A stretch of 64,000 nucleotides of DNA from an uncultured Thermoplasmata archaeon (GTDB taxonomy: Archaea; Thermoplasmatota; Thermoplasmata; JAGHBH01), in NCBI GenBank assembly GCA_964601625.1, contig CAZROC010000005.1, forward strand, positions 21,077-85,076. Reading direction: 5' to 3'. The position numbers and the translations under genes are program-made. Position 1 is the stretch's first letter, and each line of letters opens with the position of its first letter. Below the pieces are notes generated by a model. The model had not been told where the DNA came from. It saw only the letters and a list, made by a program, of their open reading frames with translations, and did no database searches. Below are positions 18,949-27,977 of the stretch, piece by piece.

Positions 18949-21942
18949 TCAGTCCCAGAAACGTCTGGTCCGGGCGTATTCCACCTCCGCCCTTAAAATA
19001 TCTTTCAACAGCTCGTCTTCGTTTCTGTAAAAGGCCAAAATTCTCGCCGCCCTGTCTGGCCCGACACCCCTGGCCCTCAGCACCATGGCCGCGGTTTTCC
19101 CATGGGTCACGTACAGGTCTGCCGCCGTCCTGGCACGCCTGTATTCTGCGAGTTGCTGTTTTGAGAGTTTTTCGTCTTTTTTCCCGCCCTTTTTCCCACC
19201 TTTTTTCATCGCCCGGACCACATCTACAACGTCTTTCGCTCTGGCGGGATGTACGGGGGCGAGGAGAGAGCTGCCACAGACGAGACATCTGCCATGGTCA
19301 GGGACATCCCGCACACGCATTGTCCTCGTGGACCCGCAGCTCATGCACACCAGGGACACCTTTTCTTCTTCAAGCCGTTTCTTGAGCGTTGCCAGAACCC
19401 CGGCTGTCGGTTCTCTGCTTATGACAACCTCGCTGGCTCTCTCAAAACCCGCCATGCCAATGGGGGAAAAGCCGCTGGCCACGACCACTTTTATTTCTCC
19501 AGAGAGAATTTTTTCAAGCACATTTTTCGTCCTGGACACATCAAGCTTTTCAAAGACGACCTTTTCCATCGCCGCCCTGAAAACAGGCGTGTCCGTGTAC
19601 TCTTCCATCACCCTGTCCATGTTCACCCGTGTGTAGTCAAAATCCCGCCGTAGAACCCCGAACTTTCTGGCCACGTGGATGAACTGCCATCTCATATAGC
19701 CGGTGTTTCTTAGAGACATCCTCAACAGGTCTTCAACGACGTCCGGTTTTATGCTCAGGAGAGTTTCGCGCACCTTTTCAGGTGTCAACGAGAAAGGCCC
19801 GTGGAACAACACCCTGTATGGGTCGCTTTTGACGTTTACACTCTGACCAAACCTCGCAGCCAGGAGGGGGCCAAGAAGTTTCGCCAGGGTCTCGTTAACC
19901 CGGCTGCCAAAACAGGCGTTGACTATAACATCACCGTTCTTTCCCTCCACCAGTACTGTTTCGTTGTCAGGGACAGGGAAACCCCCTTTTTTGTGTTCTA
20001 CCACGTGGTCTCTGAAAACTTCTATGGCGTGCTCGGAAACGATCCACCCCCCACTGCTCTGTTTGTCAGCAGGCGTCTCCGGGAGAGTGCCTTTTTTCCT
20101 GTACCATCCCACCTCCTGTGCTATCTCGTATGGGACTGGCAGGTCTTCTCCAACCCAGTGTGGAACCTCCCCTATGTCCCCCGCCTCTTCAACCAGCACC
20201 TCGTCTTCTCCGGTACCAACGACCTCCCATGTTTTTCCGGCGACGATTAAAAGCGCCCCCTCTTCCACGTATGAGGCGAAAAAATGCTCGTCCAGATGAC
20301 CTATCACTCTTCTGGTGGCGGCATCAACGAGTTTGAAAACCCTCTCGTCGGGTATCATGGATATGTTTTCATAGAAATACTTCAGCCCACGCCGCGACAC
20401 AGAATGCGGGACTATGTTGACAAGACTACCGCCCGTGTTGTTCTCCTGTCCCTCGCCAACCTCTATGCCCACCTCGTCCCATCTCCCATGTTCTTTCCAC
20501 TTTGGGCGTATGAGATAGTTGTTTTCAAGGAACTCCAGAACCTCCCTGTATTCCTTTTCCGTCAGGTCCCAGAAGGGATACGCTCTCTTTATTATGAAAA
20601 AGAACTCTAGGGGACTCTTTCCCTTCCCCTCGGCACCAAAATATGATATCAACTGGTTGGCCAGCACCTCCAGCGGTTTTTTTCTTATCCGCAGCTCTTC
20701 CACATCGCCGCCGACACTTTTTATCGCTATCGCCGTCGCCTCCGCAAGCTCGTCAGGGTGTGTGGCCAGCACTTTCCCCAGGGACACCCGGCCCACGCCA
20801 TGGCCAGAACGGCCCACCCGCTGTATCATCCTGGACTGGGAGCGAGGGGAATTGTAGTGTATGACCAGGTCTGCTGTGCCTACGTCTATTCCAAGCTCCA
20901 GCGAGCTGGTACAGATGAGACACTTCACCTCTCCCCTCTTGAACATCTCCTCCGCCTCTATCCTCATGTCCCGCGAGAGAGAGCCGTGGTGCACCCGGAT
21001 CATGTCCCCGTATCCCAGGAGGGCAAACCGCCCGCCCAGAGCTTCTGCCGTGTCCCGTGTGTTGACAAAAAAAAGCGTTGAACGGTGCTTTTTTATCAGT
21101 TCCACAGCTCTAAGGATCACGCTGGCCAGTTTTTCATCGCCCCTTATGATCTCAGCCGCTTTTTTCTCTCGCTCGCCGATGGGGGGACATTCTATGTCTA
21201 TCCTCATTTGCTTGGTCCCGAAGGTTTTGATCACTTTCACGTCTCTTTTTTTTCCTTCGCTGTTTTTGCCTCCGAGATAAGCCGCCACCCCCTCTATGTT
21301 CCCCACTGTGGCGGAGAGCCCTATCCGCTGGAATTCCCCCGCCAGTTCAACGAGCCGCTCGAGGGCAACGCTCATCTGCCCTCCTCTGTCGCTGGATGCG
21401 AGTTCGTGGATTTCATCCACCACGACCCATTTCACATTTGATATGTGTCTCCGGAGGTGCTTTCCGGTGAAAAGAACCTGCAACGTCTCAGGTGTTGTTA
21501 TGAGCATGTCAGGCGGTTTTTTCTTCTGTTTCTTTCTCTCAGAGGGGGTGGTGTCCCCATGTCTGACTGCTATGGTTATCCCGAGATATTCTCCAAGGGA
21601 CCTGAGGCGCTGTAAAAGGTCTCTGTTGAGGGCGCGCAGGGGTGTTATGTATATTATTGAAGTGGGGGGAGCCTTTTGCTCAAGTATTCTATGAAACAGG
21701 GGGAGTATCGCCGCCTCTGTCTTGCCGAGACCCGTTGGAGCTATCACGAGCACGTGTCTGCCGGATAGGATGTGCGGTATCGCTTCTGCCTGTGGTCCGG
21801 TGGCTTCTCTCCAACCTTTTTCACGCAGAAAAGAGGTTATGCGGGGGTGGAGGCCCAGGGCTGTGAAATCGTCTCGCCTTTCTTTTTTCCGTTCACCGTG
21901 ATTTCCACGGCCATTTTCTTTGTTCATCCTATGCCACCTCAC
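18949..21942 (-). CDS. lhr: ATP-dependent helicase Lhr (archaeal type with C-terminal Zn ribbon)
   Basis: APTGLGKT, DEIH, SAT, ELGID, QRVGRSGH, SMIPD; C-terminal CxxC pairs. Confidence 0.92.
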   Translation of the reverse strand: MRWHRMNKENGRGNHGERKKERRDDFTALGLHPRITSFLREKGWREATGPQAEAIPHILSGRHVLVIAPTGLGKTEAAILPLFHRILEQKAPPTSIIYITPLRALNRDLLQRLRSLGEYLGITIAVRHGDTTPSERKKQKKKPPDMLITTPETLQVLFTGKHLRRHISNVKWVVVDEIHELASSDRGGQMSVALERLVELAGEFQRIGLSATVGNIEGVAAYLGGKNSEGKKRDVKVIKTFGTKQMRIDIECPPIGEREKKAAEIIRGDEKLASVILRAVELIKKHRSTLFFVNTRDTAEALGGRFALLGYGDMIRVHHGSLSRDMRIEAEEMFKRGEVKCLICTSSLELGIDVGTADLVIHYNSPRSQSRMIQRVGRSGHGVGRVSLGKVLATHPDELAEATAIAIKSVGGDVEELRIRKKPLEVLANQLISYFGAEGKGKSPLEFFFIIKRAYPFWDLTEKEYREVLEFLENNYLIRPKWKEHGRWDEVGIEVGEGQENNTGGSLVNIVPHSVSRRGLKYFYENISMIPDERVFKLVDAATRRVIGHLDEHFFASYVEEGALLIVAGKTWEVVGTGEDEVLVEEAGDIGEVPHWVGEDLPVPYEIAQEVGWYRKKGTLPETPADKQSSGGWIVSEHAIEVFRDHVVEHKKGGFPVPDNETVLVEGKNGDVIVNACFGSRVNETLAKLLGPLLAARFGQSVNVKSDPYRVLFHGPFSLTPEKVRETLLSIKPDVVEDLLRMSLRNTGYMRWQFIHVARKFGVLRRDFDYTRVNMDRVMEEYTDTPVFRAAMEKVVFEKLDVSRTKNVLEKILSGEIKVVVASGFSPIGMAGFERASEVVISREPTAGVLATLKKRLEEEKVSLVCMSCGSTRTMRVRDVPDHGRCLVCGSSLLAPVHPARAKDVVDVVRAMKKGGKKGGKKDEKLSKQQLAEYRRARTAADLYVTHGKTAAMVLRARGVGPDRAARILAFYRNEDELLKDILRAEVEYARTRRFWD

Positions 21943-22709
21943 ACGATATCGGCGGCTTTTCCCAGATACACGCCGTTCAGCAGGTATATGTCCATTTTTT
22001 CCGGGACAACCAGCCTGTTTTTGAACAGGGGGCCAACGCCTTCACCCATGTTGACTGCGCACCCGGTGTGGAGGTCTGATATTGGGGGTACGATTATCAC
22101 TTCTCGCGGGTATGTCTCGTATCTCTCCGCCATTTTTTCAGACACAACCGCTCTCACCCAGCACGGGACTCTCCTCCGTGTTCCTATCTCTTCTCTGAAC
22201 TCAACGTGCGGGTGGACGTGTCCCATTATCAGGAGTTTTCTGGCTGCTATTGAAGGTGAGGGCCAGGCGTGGCCATGTACGAGGCCCACATTTTCTATGC
22301 TTATGCCCCTGACAGGGTGCAGGGCAACGTTTTCTGGCAGCATGTGGTATATCATGCCGTCGTGGTTTCCGGGGATTATTTCAACGGAGGACACTTTTTC
22401 TGTGAGACAGGCGAAGAAGTTTTTCACCCATTTCGCTTCTCTTTCACTGTCTGGTGCGATCCTGTGTTTCACATCCCCCAGAAAAATAAGACGGTCCGGC
22501 CTGTTTTTCTCTGCTGCGTTGAGAATCATGGAGCAGATCTTTTTCCATCGAGGAGGGATGTACACGCCCTTTTTCCGGTATTCCTCTTCAATTCCTATGT
22601 GCGGGTCAGATCCCACGAGAGCTTTTTCGCCGTTTTCTCCCTCTATCATCAGGAGTGGCGTCCCGTGGATCGGGTTTATGTCCATGTTAACGGAACCCGT
22701 TTTATGCAT
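21939..22709 (-). CDS. Metallophosphoesterase associated with Lhr (start may be 22685)
   Basis: DPHIG, GDVKH, GNHD, HGH, GHVHP; overlaps the lhr start. Confidence 0.88.
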   Translation of the reverse strand: MHKTGSVNMDINPIHGTPLLMIEGENGEKALVGSDPHIGIEEEYRKKGVYIPPRWKKICSMILNAAEKNRPDRLIFLGDVKHRIAPDSEREAKWVKNFFACLTEKVSSVEIIPGNHDGMIYHMLPENVALHPVRGISIENVGLVHGHAWPSPSIAARKLLIMGHVHPHVEFREEIGTRRRVPCWVRAVVSEKMAERYETYPREVIIVPPISDLHTGCAVNMGEGVGPLFKNRLVVPEKMDIYLLNGVYLGKAADIV

Positions 22710-22768
22710 AGATAAAGATGACGGTCAAAAAATAGTGTTTATTGTTATCATGTATCACTCTTCCTTTG

Positions 22769-22807
22769 AAAAAAAAAAGTGCGTGGGGGGAAAATCCCCC
22801 ACGCACT
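22769..22807 (-). terminator. GC-rich hairpin followed by T10
   Basis: GTGCGTGGGGG-ATTTTC-CCCCCACGCAC-TTTTTTTTTT on the minus strand. Confidence 0.7.
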
Positions 22808-22968
22808 GGTGGTTTGGGGGGTCTTTGGAGGGGTTTAGGAGGGTTCAGCGTCACAGGTATGTGGGAGGGGCATTCCGGAGAACGTCCCTCCCTGTTGGGG
22901 TTGCTTTGGGGAAAGTGGTCAGCGCCATTCTCTGAAGGACCCATATTGATGTTAACATTTTGTTAACA
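22769..22968 (-). ncRNA. Candidate ~200-nt small RNA with C-rich repeats
   Basis: BRE-TATA upstream; hairpin closed by cUCCGg; repeated AAACCCCUCC-like motifs; terminal 11-12 bp hairpin plus U10. Confidence 0.55.
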
Positions 22969-23006
22969 TTAACCCATATAAGCGGATGTAGTATTTATAC
23001 CTTTCG
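22949..23006 (-). promoter_or_regulatory. BRE-TATA promoter with tandem palindromic operator-like sites
   Basis: CGAAAG-GTATAAATA on the minus strand (23006-22992); ATGTTAACAT at 22949-22958 and TGTTAACA at 22961-22968. Confidence 0.55.
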
Positions 23007-23196
23007 CCAGATTGTCTATTTTGTTCCATTCAACACCCCTTTTTTAGACCACATGGTTCAGCTGTTACCATCTAGACGTAGATGTGTAACTTATTCTTAT
23101 AATTTTCTTTGGACGAATGGGATTATCCCATGCTGCTTTCCGGAAATAAACCACAGCAACGTTTAAAAATACCACGTGTATCTCTCCGCTGAGGTA

Positions 23197-23361
23197 ATGG
23201 AAATGGTGAACTGCATATCATGTGGAGCGCCGGTGACGGAAAAGGGAGGAACTGTGTTCCTGTGCCCTAACTGCGGAAAGGTAGAAATAGGCAGATGTGT
23301 CCACTGCCGGGACCAAGCAGTGCCATATGAGTGTCCGGAATGCGGTTTCAGGGGGCCGTGA
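23197..23361 (+). CDS. Small Zn-ribbon protein (DUF1610 family)
   Basis: Four CxxC pairs ending CGFRGP; conserved position upstream of EF-1beta. Confidence 0.85.
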   Translation: MEMVNCISCGAPVTEKGGTVFLCPNCGKVEIGRCVHCRDQAVPYECPECGFRGP

Positions 23362-23362
23362 A

Positions 23363-23629
23363 ATGGGAGACGTTCTGGTCGTTTACAGGGTGATGCCGGA
23401 GTCGCCTGAGGTCCCGCTTGAGCGTCTCAGGGGAGACATAGAAAAAGTGCTGGGCCCTGTGGCAAAGCGAGTTTCCACAGAAGAAGAGCCTATAGGGTTT
23501 GGCCTGGTGGCTCTCAAAGTGAGCGTTGTTATGCCGGACCAGGGCGACGTGTCAGGACAGGTGGAAGAGTCTTTGCGCTCAATAGAGGGTGTGAGCAGCG
23601 CTGAGACGATAGAGGTTGGCCTCCTGTGA
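23363..23629 (+). CDS. ef1b: Translation elongation factor 1-beta
   Basis: MGDV...VMPESPEV...EEPIGFGLVAL. Confidence 0.92.
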   Translation: MGDVLVVYRVMPESPEVPLERLRGDIEKVLGPVAKRVSTEEEPIGFGLVALKVSVVMPDQGDVSGQVEESLRSIEGVSSAETIEVGLL

Positions 23630-23684
23630 CCTCAATGCTGACGGGGGCGCGGGCGGTTTTTCCGCCAATACCCCATGATGCGGT

Positions 23685-24086
23685 ATGAACACACGGGAAG
23701 TGAGAGAGGAGATTGAAGAACTGAACCGCATATTCGCCTCCATTTCCGAAGACGGAAACCCTGTGGTTGTGGAGGGGAAAAAGGACGCTGAGGCCCTCCG
23801 TGCGCTGGGGGTGGAGGTGGAGATACTGGTCTTCAACAGGGGCGAAAGTGTGACTGTTTTCTGTGAGAGAGTCGCTGCAGAGTACAGGCGGGTGGTGATT
23901 TTAACCGACTGGGACAGGACCGGGAGACATCTGGCACATCTGCTTGTGGATGGGTTCCGGTCTGTGGGAGTTGAGTGCAACATGGAGTACCGTGCCAGGA
24001 TAGCGGGCCTGTGTCGCAGGGAGACGAAGGACGTGGAAGGCTTGTACAGGCACTACAGGCGTCTCAAGATGGTTGTGTCTGAGTAG
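23685..24086 (+). CDS. Small Toprim-domain protein
   Basis: VVVEGKKD, ILTDWDRTG, KDVEGL. Confidence 0.85.
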   Translation: MNTREVREEIEELNRIFASISEDGNPVVVEGKKDAEALRALGVEVEILVFNRGESVTVFCERVAAEYRRVVILTDWDRTGRHLAHLLVDGFRSVGVECNMEYRARIAGLCRRETKDVEGLYRHYRRLKMVVSE

Positions 24087-24157
24087 CGGAAAGGGTTGAG
24101 AGAAGAGGTTTCGGCGGAACAGCAAGTGTTTTAACTGTTCATTCCCTCCACCCGTCA

Positions 24158-25021
24158 ATGATGAAAAATTCTGTTGATGAAAGAGAGGGCGGAGAAGAAG
24201 GCGGAAAGGAAGCGGGCGAAAAAGAGAGCACATTTAAGATGGATGAAGATTCAGAGGACAGGGAATCGGAGGCAGAGGCGGACAGAGGGGGAGTTTCCCG
24301 CCCTCCACGGGTCAAGGACGTTTTTTCTGTTGCTGCCAGGATTTACAGCAAGAACGCTCATATTTTCCTCCTGCTCTGGGCTATACCATCCGTTCTGTCT
24401 TTTATTCTTCTCACAACGTTCGTACTCAGTGCCGGGGAAATCTCAGATTCTGGTGGACAGGTTTCTTCCAGCGCGTACTTCTTTTTCTCCCTGACCCTGG
24501 TGGCATCTGCCACCATATACACTTTTTTCAGCGCTCCTATCATTGTCATGGTCTCGGACGAGCTTTCTGGCAGAGAGGTCTCGTTTGACAGAGCTTTTTC
24601 CGCTCTGGGAAGTCGCCCGCTGGTCATGCTGCTCGCATCCGCATTGCTGGCGTCCCTTGTGGTCCTTGGAGGCAGGTACCTCTGCTATCTCCCGGGCATA
24701 CTTTTCTGTTACTGGTGGCTTTTTGCAGTGATCATACTAGTGCTTGAAGAGAGGGGTATAAGGGAATCGTTTGCTATGAGCCGTTCTATTTCCATGCAGA
24801 AGGGCGGTTTTCCTCTGGCCATAGTATTTTTCACAGCTGTGTTTCTCGCCATGTTCCTCGTCCAGTTTTTTGTGCTGTTTTTCTTCAATTCGCCGTCAAG
24901 TGTTTTTTATGACATAGCGGTTTTCACTATTATGACGATATTCTTCTGGTTTTTTTTCCCGTTCTTTATAACGGCGATCGTGGTAGCGTACTTTGGGCCT
25001 GAAACAATGGACCAGGGATAG
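24158..25021 (+). CDS. Hypothetical integral membrane protein
   Basis: About six TM helices after an acidic N-terminal tail. Confidence 0.65.
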   Translation: MMKNSVDEREGGEEGGKEAGEKESTFKMDEDSEDRESEAEADRGGVSRPPRVKDVFSVAARIYSKNAHIFLLLWAIPSVLSFILLTTFVLSAGEISDSGGQVSSSAYFFFSLTLVASATIYTFFSAPIIVMVSDELSGREVSFDRAFSALGSRPLVMLLASALLASLVVLGGRYLCYLPGILFCYWWLFAVIILVLEERGIRESFAMSRSISMQKGGFPLAIVFFTAVFLAMFLVQFFVLFFFNSPSSVFYDIAVFTIMTIFFWFFFPFFITAIVVAYFGPETMDQG

Positions 25022-25166
25022 TAAGAGGTGTGGGAGATACGGGTGGAAATGTTGTAGGTGAAAAATGTGTGGAAAAACGGTTAAGTCCTTATATGAGAAA
25101 GTAGATTTGGGACGGTTGGGACTGAAAAAGAATCTGCGGGAGATGGATGGTTAGTGTTGCATATGG

Positions 25167-26270
25167 GTGAGTCTTATGACCGGCTCGGGAGAAGAACAGG
25201 GGAGCAGAGGCGGGAGCAGTGGTGATTTCCCTGAGTATGGGGGGGGTGTGAGCGGAGAGTTTTCTGTGGTAACAGATGTTGCCAGAAAAATAAGGGACAT
25301 GGAGATAAGGGGCGCTGGTAAGATAGGTCTCTCAGCCTCGGAGGCTCTGGTGGCGTTTTCAAAAAAATGGCTGGAAGCCCGTAGAGGTGAGTGTGGACCG
25401 GGCAGCGAGAACAAAGAGCGCTTCGTCAGTGACCTCGGCCGGGCTGTTGAGATTCTCGCATCTTCCAGGCCCACCGCTGTGTCGCTCAAAAACGCTCTGC
25501 TGTTCACAGTCTCAGGCGTTGAAGAAATGGGATCGGCGGAGGAAATGGCAGGGTTTATAGAATCCCGCCACAGATGGTTCAGGGGGGTTTTTGACACGGC
25601 GAGGAAGAAAATAGCAGAGTACGGTTCCTCTCTGATACCTGAAGACGCCACTGTGATGACTCACTGCAACAGCACCGCCGCTGTGAAGACAATAATAGAG
25701 GGATATAAAAAAGGCTGTGTGAAGAGAGTGTTTTTGACAGAGACCCGTCCCCGTTTCCAGGGGCGCATAACGGCCAGACAGCTCCGGGAGGCAGGTGTCC
25801 CCGCCACGATGGTAGTTGATAGTGGGATGAGATATTTTGTCAGAGACGCTGACATCGTCATAGTGGGCGCTGACACGGTGACCTCCACGGGGGTGCTGGT
25901 GAACAAGATAGGCACGGGGTTGCTGGCTCTGGCGGCGGAAGAGAGCCGCGTCCCGTTTTATTCCTGCGCCGAGTGTTTCAAGTTCTCTCCTTTCACCCTG
26001 GGAGGCGGGCGTGTGGTGATAGAAGAGAGGTCCCCCTCCGAGATATGGCCAGATGAAAAAAGCGGTGGGAAGGAGGGTCTCTCTCCACCCGAGGGACTGG
26101 AATTCCGCAACCCCGCTTTTGAGACAGTGGCCCCCGACCTGATAGACGGTTATATAACCGACATGGGAGTCCTGTCCCCGCACACAGCTCCGATGGTCAT
26201 CTTTGACAGGTTTTTCGGAAAAATCCTGGAAGATAACATCTGGTTTGAAAGGCTTAAAAAGATAGGATGA
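25167..26270 (+). CDS. Ribose-1,5-bisphosphate isomerase (eIF2B-like fold)
   Basis: MEIRGAG, RPTAVSL, THCNS, ETRPRFQG, VGAD, NKIGT; adjacent to AMP phosphorylase. Confidence 0.85.
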   Translation: MSLMTGSGEEQGSRGGSSGDFPEYGGGVSGEFSVVTDVARKIRDMEIRGAGKIGLSASEALVAFSKKWLEARRGECGPGSENKERFVSDLGRAVEILASSRPTAVSLKNALLFTVSGVEEMGSAEEMAGFIESRHRWFRGVFDTARKKIAEYGSSLIPEDATVMTHCNSTAAVKTIIEGYKKGCVKRVFLTETRPRFQGRITARQLREAGVPATMVVDSGMRYFVRDADIVIVGADTVTSTGVLVNKIGTGLLALAAEESRVPFYSCAECFKFSPFTLGGGRVVIEERSPSEIWPDEKSGGKEGLSPPEGLEFRNPAFETVAPDLIDGYITDMGVLSPHTAPMVIFDRFFGKILEDNIWFERLKKIG

Positions 26271-26282
26271 GAATATTATAAA

Positions 26283-26332
26283 AGGAAAGGTGCGACAGGA
26301 AAAGTGCAACAGGAAAGGTGCGACAGGAGGTG
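26283..26332 (+). repeat. 14-bp tandem repeat x3 running into the SD
   Basis: AGGAAAGGTGCGAC, AGGAAAAGTGCAAC, AGGAAAGGTGCGAC, then AGGAGGTG. Confidence 0.9.
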
Positions 26333-26338
26333 AATACT

Positions 26339-27871
26339 ATGGAAAACGGGTTCAACAGGTTGAAAGTGAAAATGCTGGACATCGTGTCAGAGAGATGTGT
26401 TGCCATTTTGAACGTAAAAGACGCCAGCGAGCTGGGCGTTCGCCAGCAGGATCGTGTCCGCATAATGGGAAAAAGAGGGGAGATCGTTGCACTGGTTGAG
26501 ACCACATCTTCCCTTGTGCCCCCCGGGGAGGTTGGCCTTGTTCAGAACGCCTACGAGAAGATGGAACTGGCGGACCCCGAGGAAGAGGTTGTTGTAGTAC
26601 CGGCCGAGAAACCCACGTCTGTTGATTATATCAAAAAGAAGCTTGATGGTCAGCCCCTGTCTTCTGAGGAGATATTTGCAATCGTGAATGACATTGTTAA
26701 GAGAAACCTGAGCGATATAGAGCTGACCGCCTATGTTTCCGGGGTTTACATAAACGGTATGAACATGGACGAGACAGTTGCGCTGACCAGGGCGATGGTT
26801 GAGACCGGCGAGACGATTTCTTTTGACCGGGGTCCGATATATGATTTTCACAGCATAGGTGGAGTTCCGGGTAACAAGATAACCCTTCTGGTTGTTCCGA
26901 TAGTGGCCGCGGCTGGTCTGATGATACCCAAGACATGCAGCAGAGCCATAAGCAGTGCCTGTGGCACGGCGGACATTTTTGAGGTTCTAGCCCCTGTCTC
27001 GCTCACCATACACCAGATAAAGCAGATAACGGAGACAGTGGGAGGCGTGATAGCATGGGGCGGTGCGGTCAACATGGCACCGGCCGATGACCTGATAATC
27101 CGCGTGGAATACCCGCTTGGCATAGACCCGCACGCGCAGCTCCTGGCCTCAGTTATGGCTAAGAAAAAGGCTGTTGGCTCCGAGCGTCTGGCCATAGACA
27201 TCCCCATGGGACCGGGGACCAAGGTCCCGGATTATGCCACCGCCAGGACTTTTGCGAGGGACTTCATCACGCTGGGAGAGCACCTGGGTATGAAGGTTGA
27301 ATGTGCAATAACCTACGGCGGCCAGCCTGTTGGACGGGCGATAGGTCCGGCTGCGGAGGCGCGGGAGGCCCTCGCGGCCCTTGAAGGCAAACCATCCCCA
27401 AACAGTCTAATTGAAAAAGCAGTGGGTATGGCGTCAATACTCCTGTCCATGGATGGGAGAAGCAACTCCAGGGGGCTGGCCATGGAGATTCTAAAATCTG
27501 GAAAGGCCCTGGCGAAGATGAAAGAGATCATAGAAGCGCAGGGCGGGAACCCTGATGTAACATCCGACGATGTGCCCATAGGAAAATACACCTATGAATA
27601 CACGGCGAAAAGAGATGGCTATGTAAAGGGTATAAGCAACAGAGCCATGGTGAAAATAACCAGAGCCGCCGGTGCTCCCAAGGACAAAGGAGCGGCTGTA
27701 ATCCTGCGGGTGAAAGAGGGAGATGCCATAGACCCCGGAGACGTGCTTTTCACCATCCACGCCGACAACAGGAAAAAACTGCAGGACGCTGTGGACATAG
27801 CCAGGAAAACAGACCCCATAAAAGTGGAGGGCATGATAATAGAAAAAGTGCCGGCCATACATGAGATGTGA
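26339..27871 (+). CDS. AMP phosphorylase
   Basis: N-terminal double-psi-barrel-like extension; HSIGGVPGNK, SRAISSACGTAD, ASVMAKK. Confidence 0.92.
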   Translation: MENGFNRLKVKMLDIVSERCVAILNVKDASELGVRQQDRVRIMGKRGEIVALVETTSSLVPPGEVGLVQNAYEKMELADPEEEVVVVPAEKPTSVDYIKKKLDGQPLSSEEIFAIVNDIVKRNLSDIELTAYVSGVYINGMNMDETVALTRAMVETGETISFDRGPIYDFHSIGGVPGNKITLLVVPIVAAAGLMIPKTCSRAISSACGTADIFEVLAPVSLTIHQIKQITETVGGVIAWGGAVNMAPADDLIIRVEYPLGIDPHAQLLASVMAKKKAVGSERLAIDIPMGPGTKVPDYATARTFARDFITLGEHLGMKVECAITYGGQPVGRAIGPAAEAREALAALEGKPSPNSLIEKAVGMASILLSMDGRSNSRGLAMEILKSGKALAKMKEIIEAQGGNPDVTSDDVPIGKYTYEYTAKRDGYVKGISNRAMVKITRAAGAPKDKGAAVILRVKEGDAIDPGDVLFTIHADNRKKLQDAVDIARKTDPIKVEGMIIEKVPAIHEM

Positions 27872-27977
27872 TGTGTATTTGGTCAGTGAATATTTTATAT
27901 CCTTTACCTAAACCTCTTTCCGAACATCAGAAAATCTTAGAAAATGTTAATATCGTAAGCATCATAACGGTGGGTTG

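Noticed and set aside
22702..22944. 80-aa Pro-rich ORF or leader peptide
   Set aside because: Runs through a strong hairpin plus T10, and its composition mirrors the C-rich RNA motifs; ncRNA preferred, though not excluded
25167..26270. eIF2B subunit or methylthioribose-1-phosphate isomerase
   Set aside because: THCNS motif and linkage to AMP phosphorylase point to R15P isomerase
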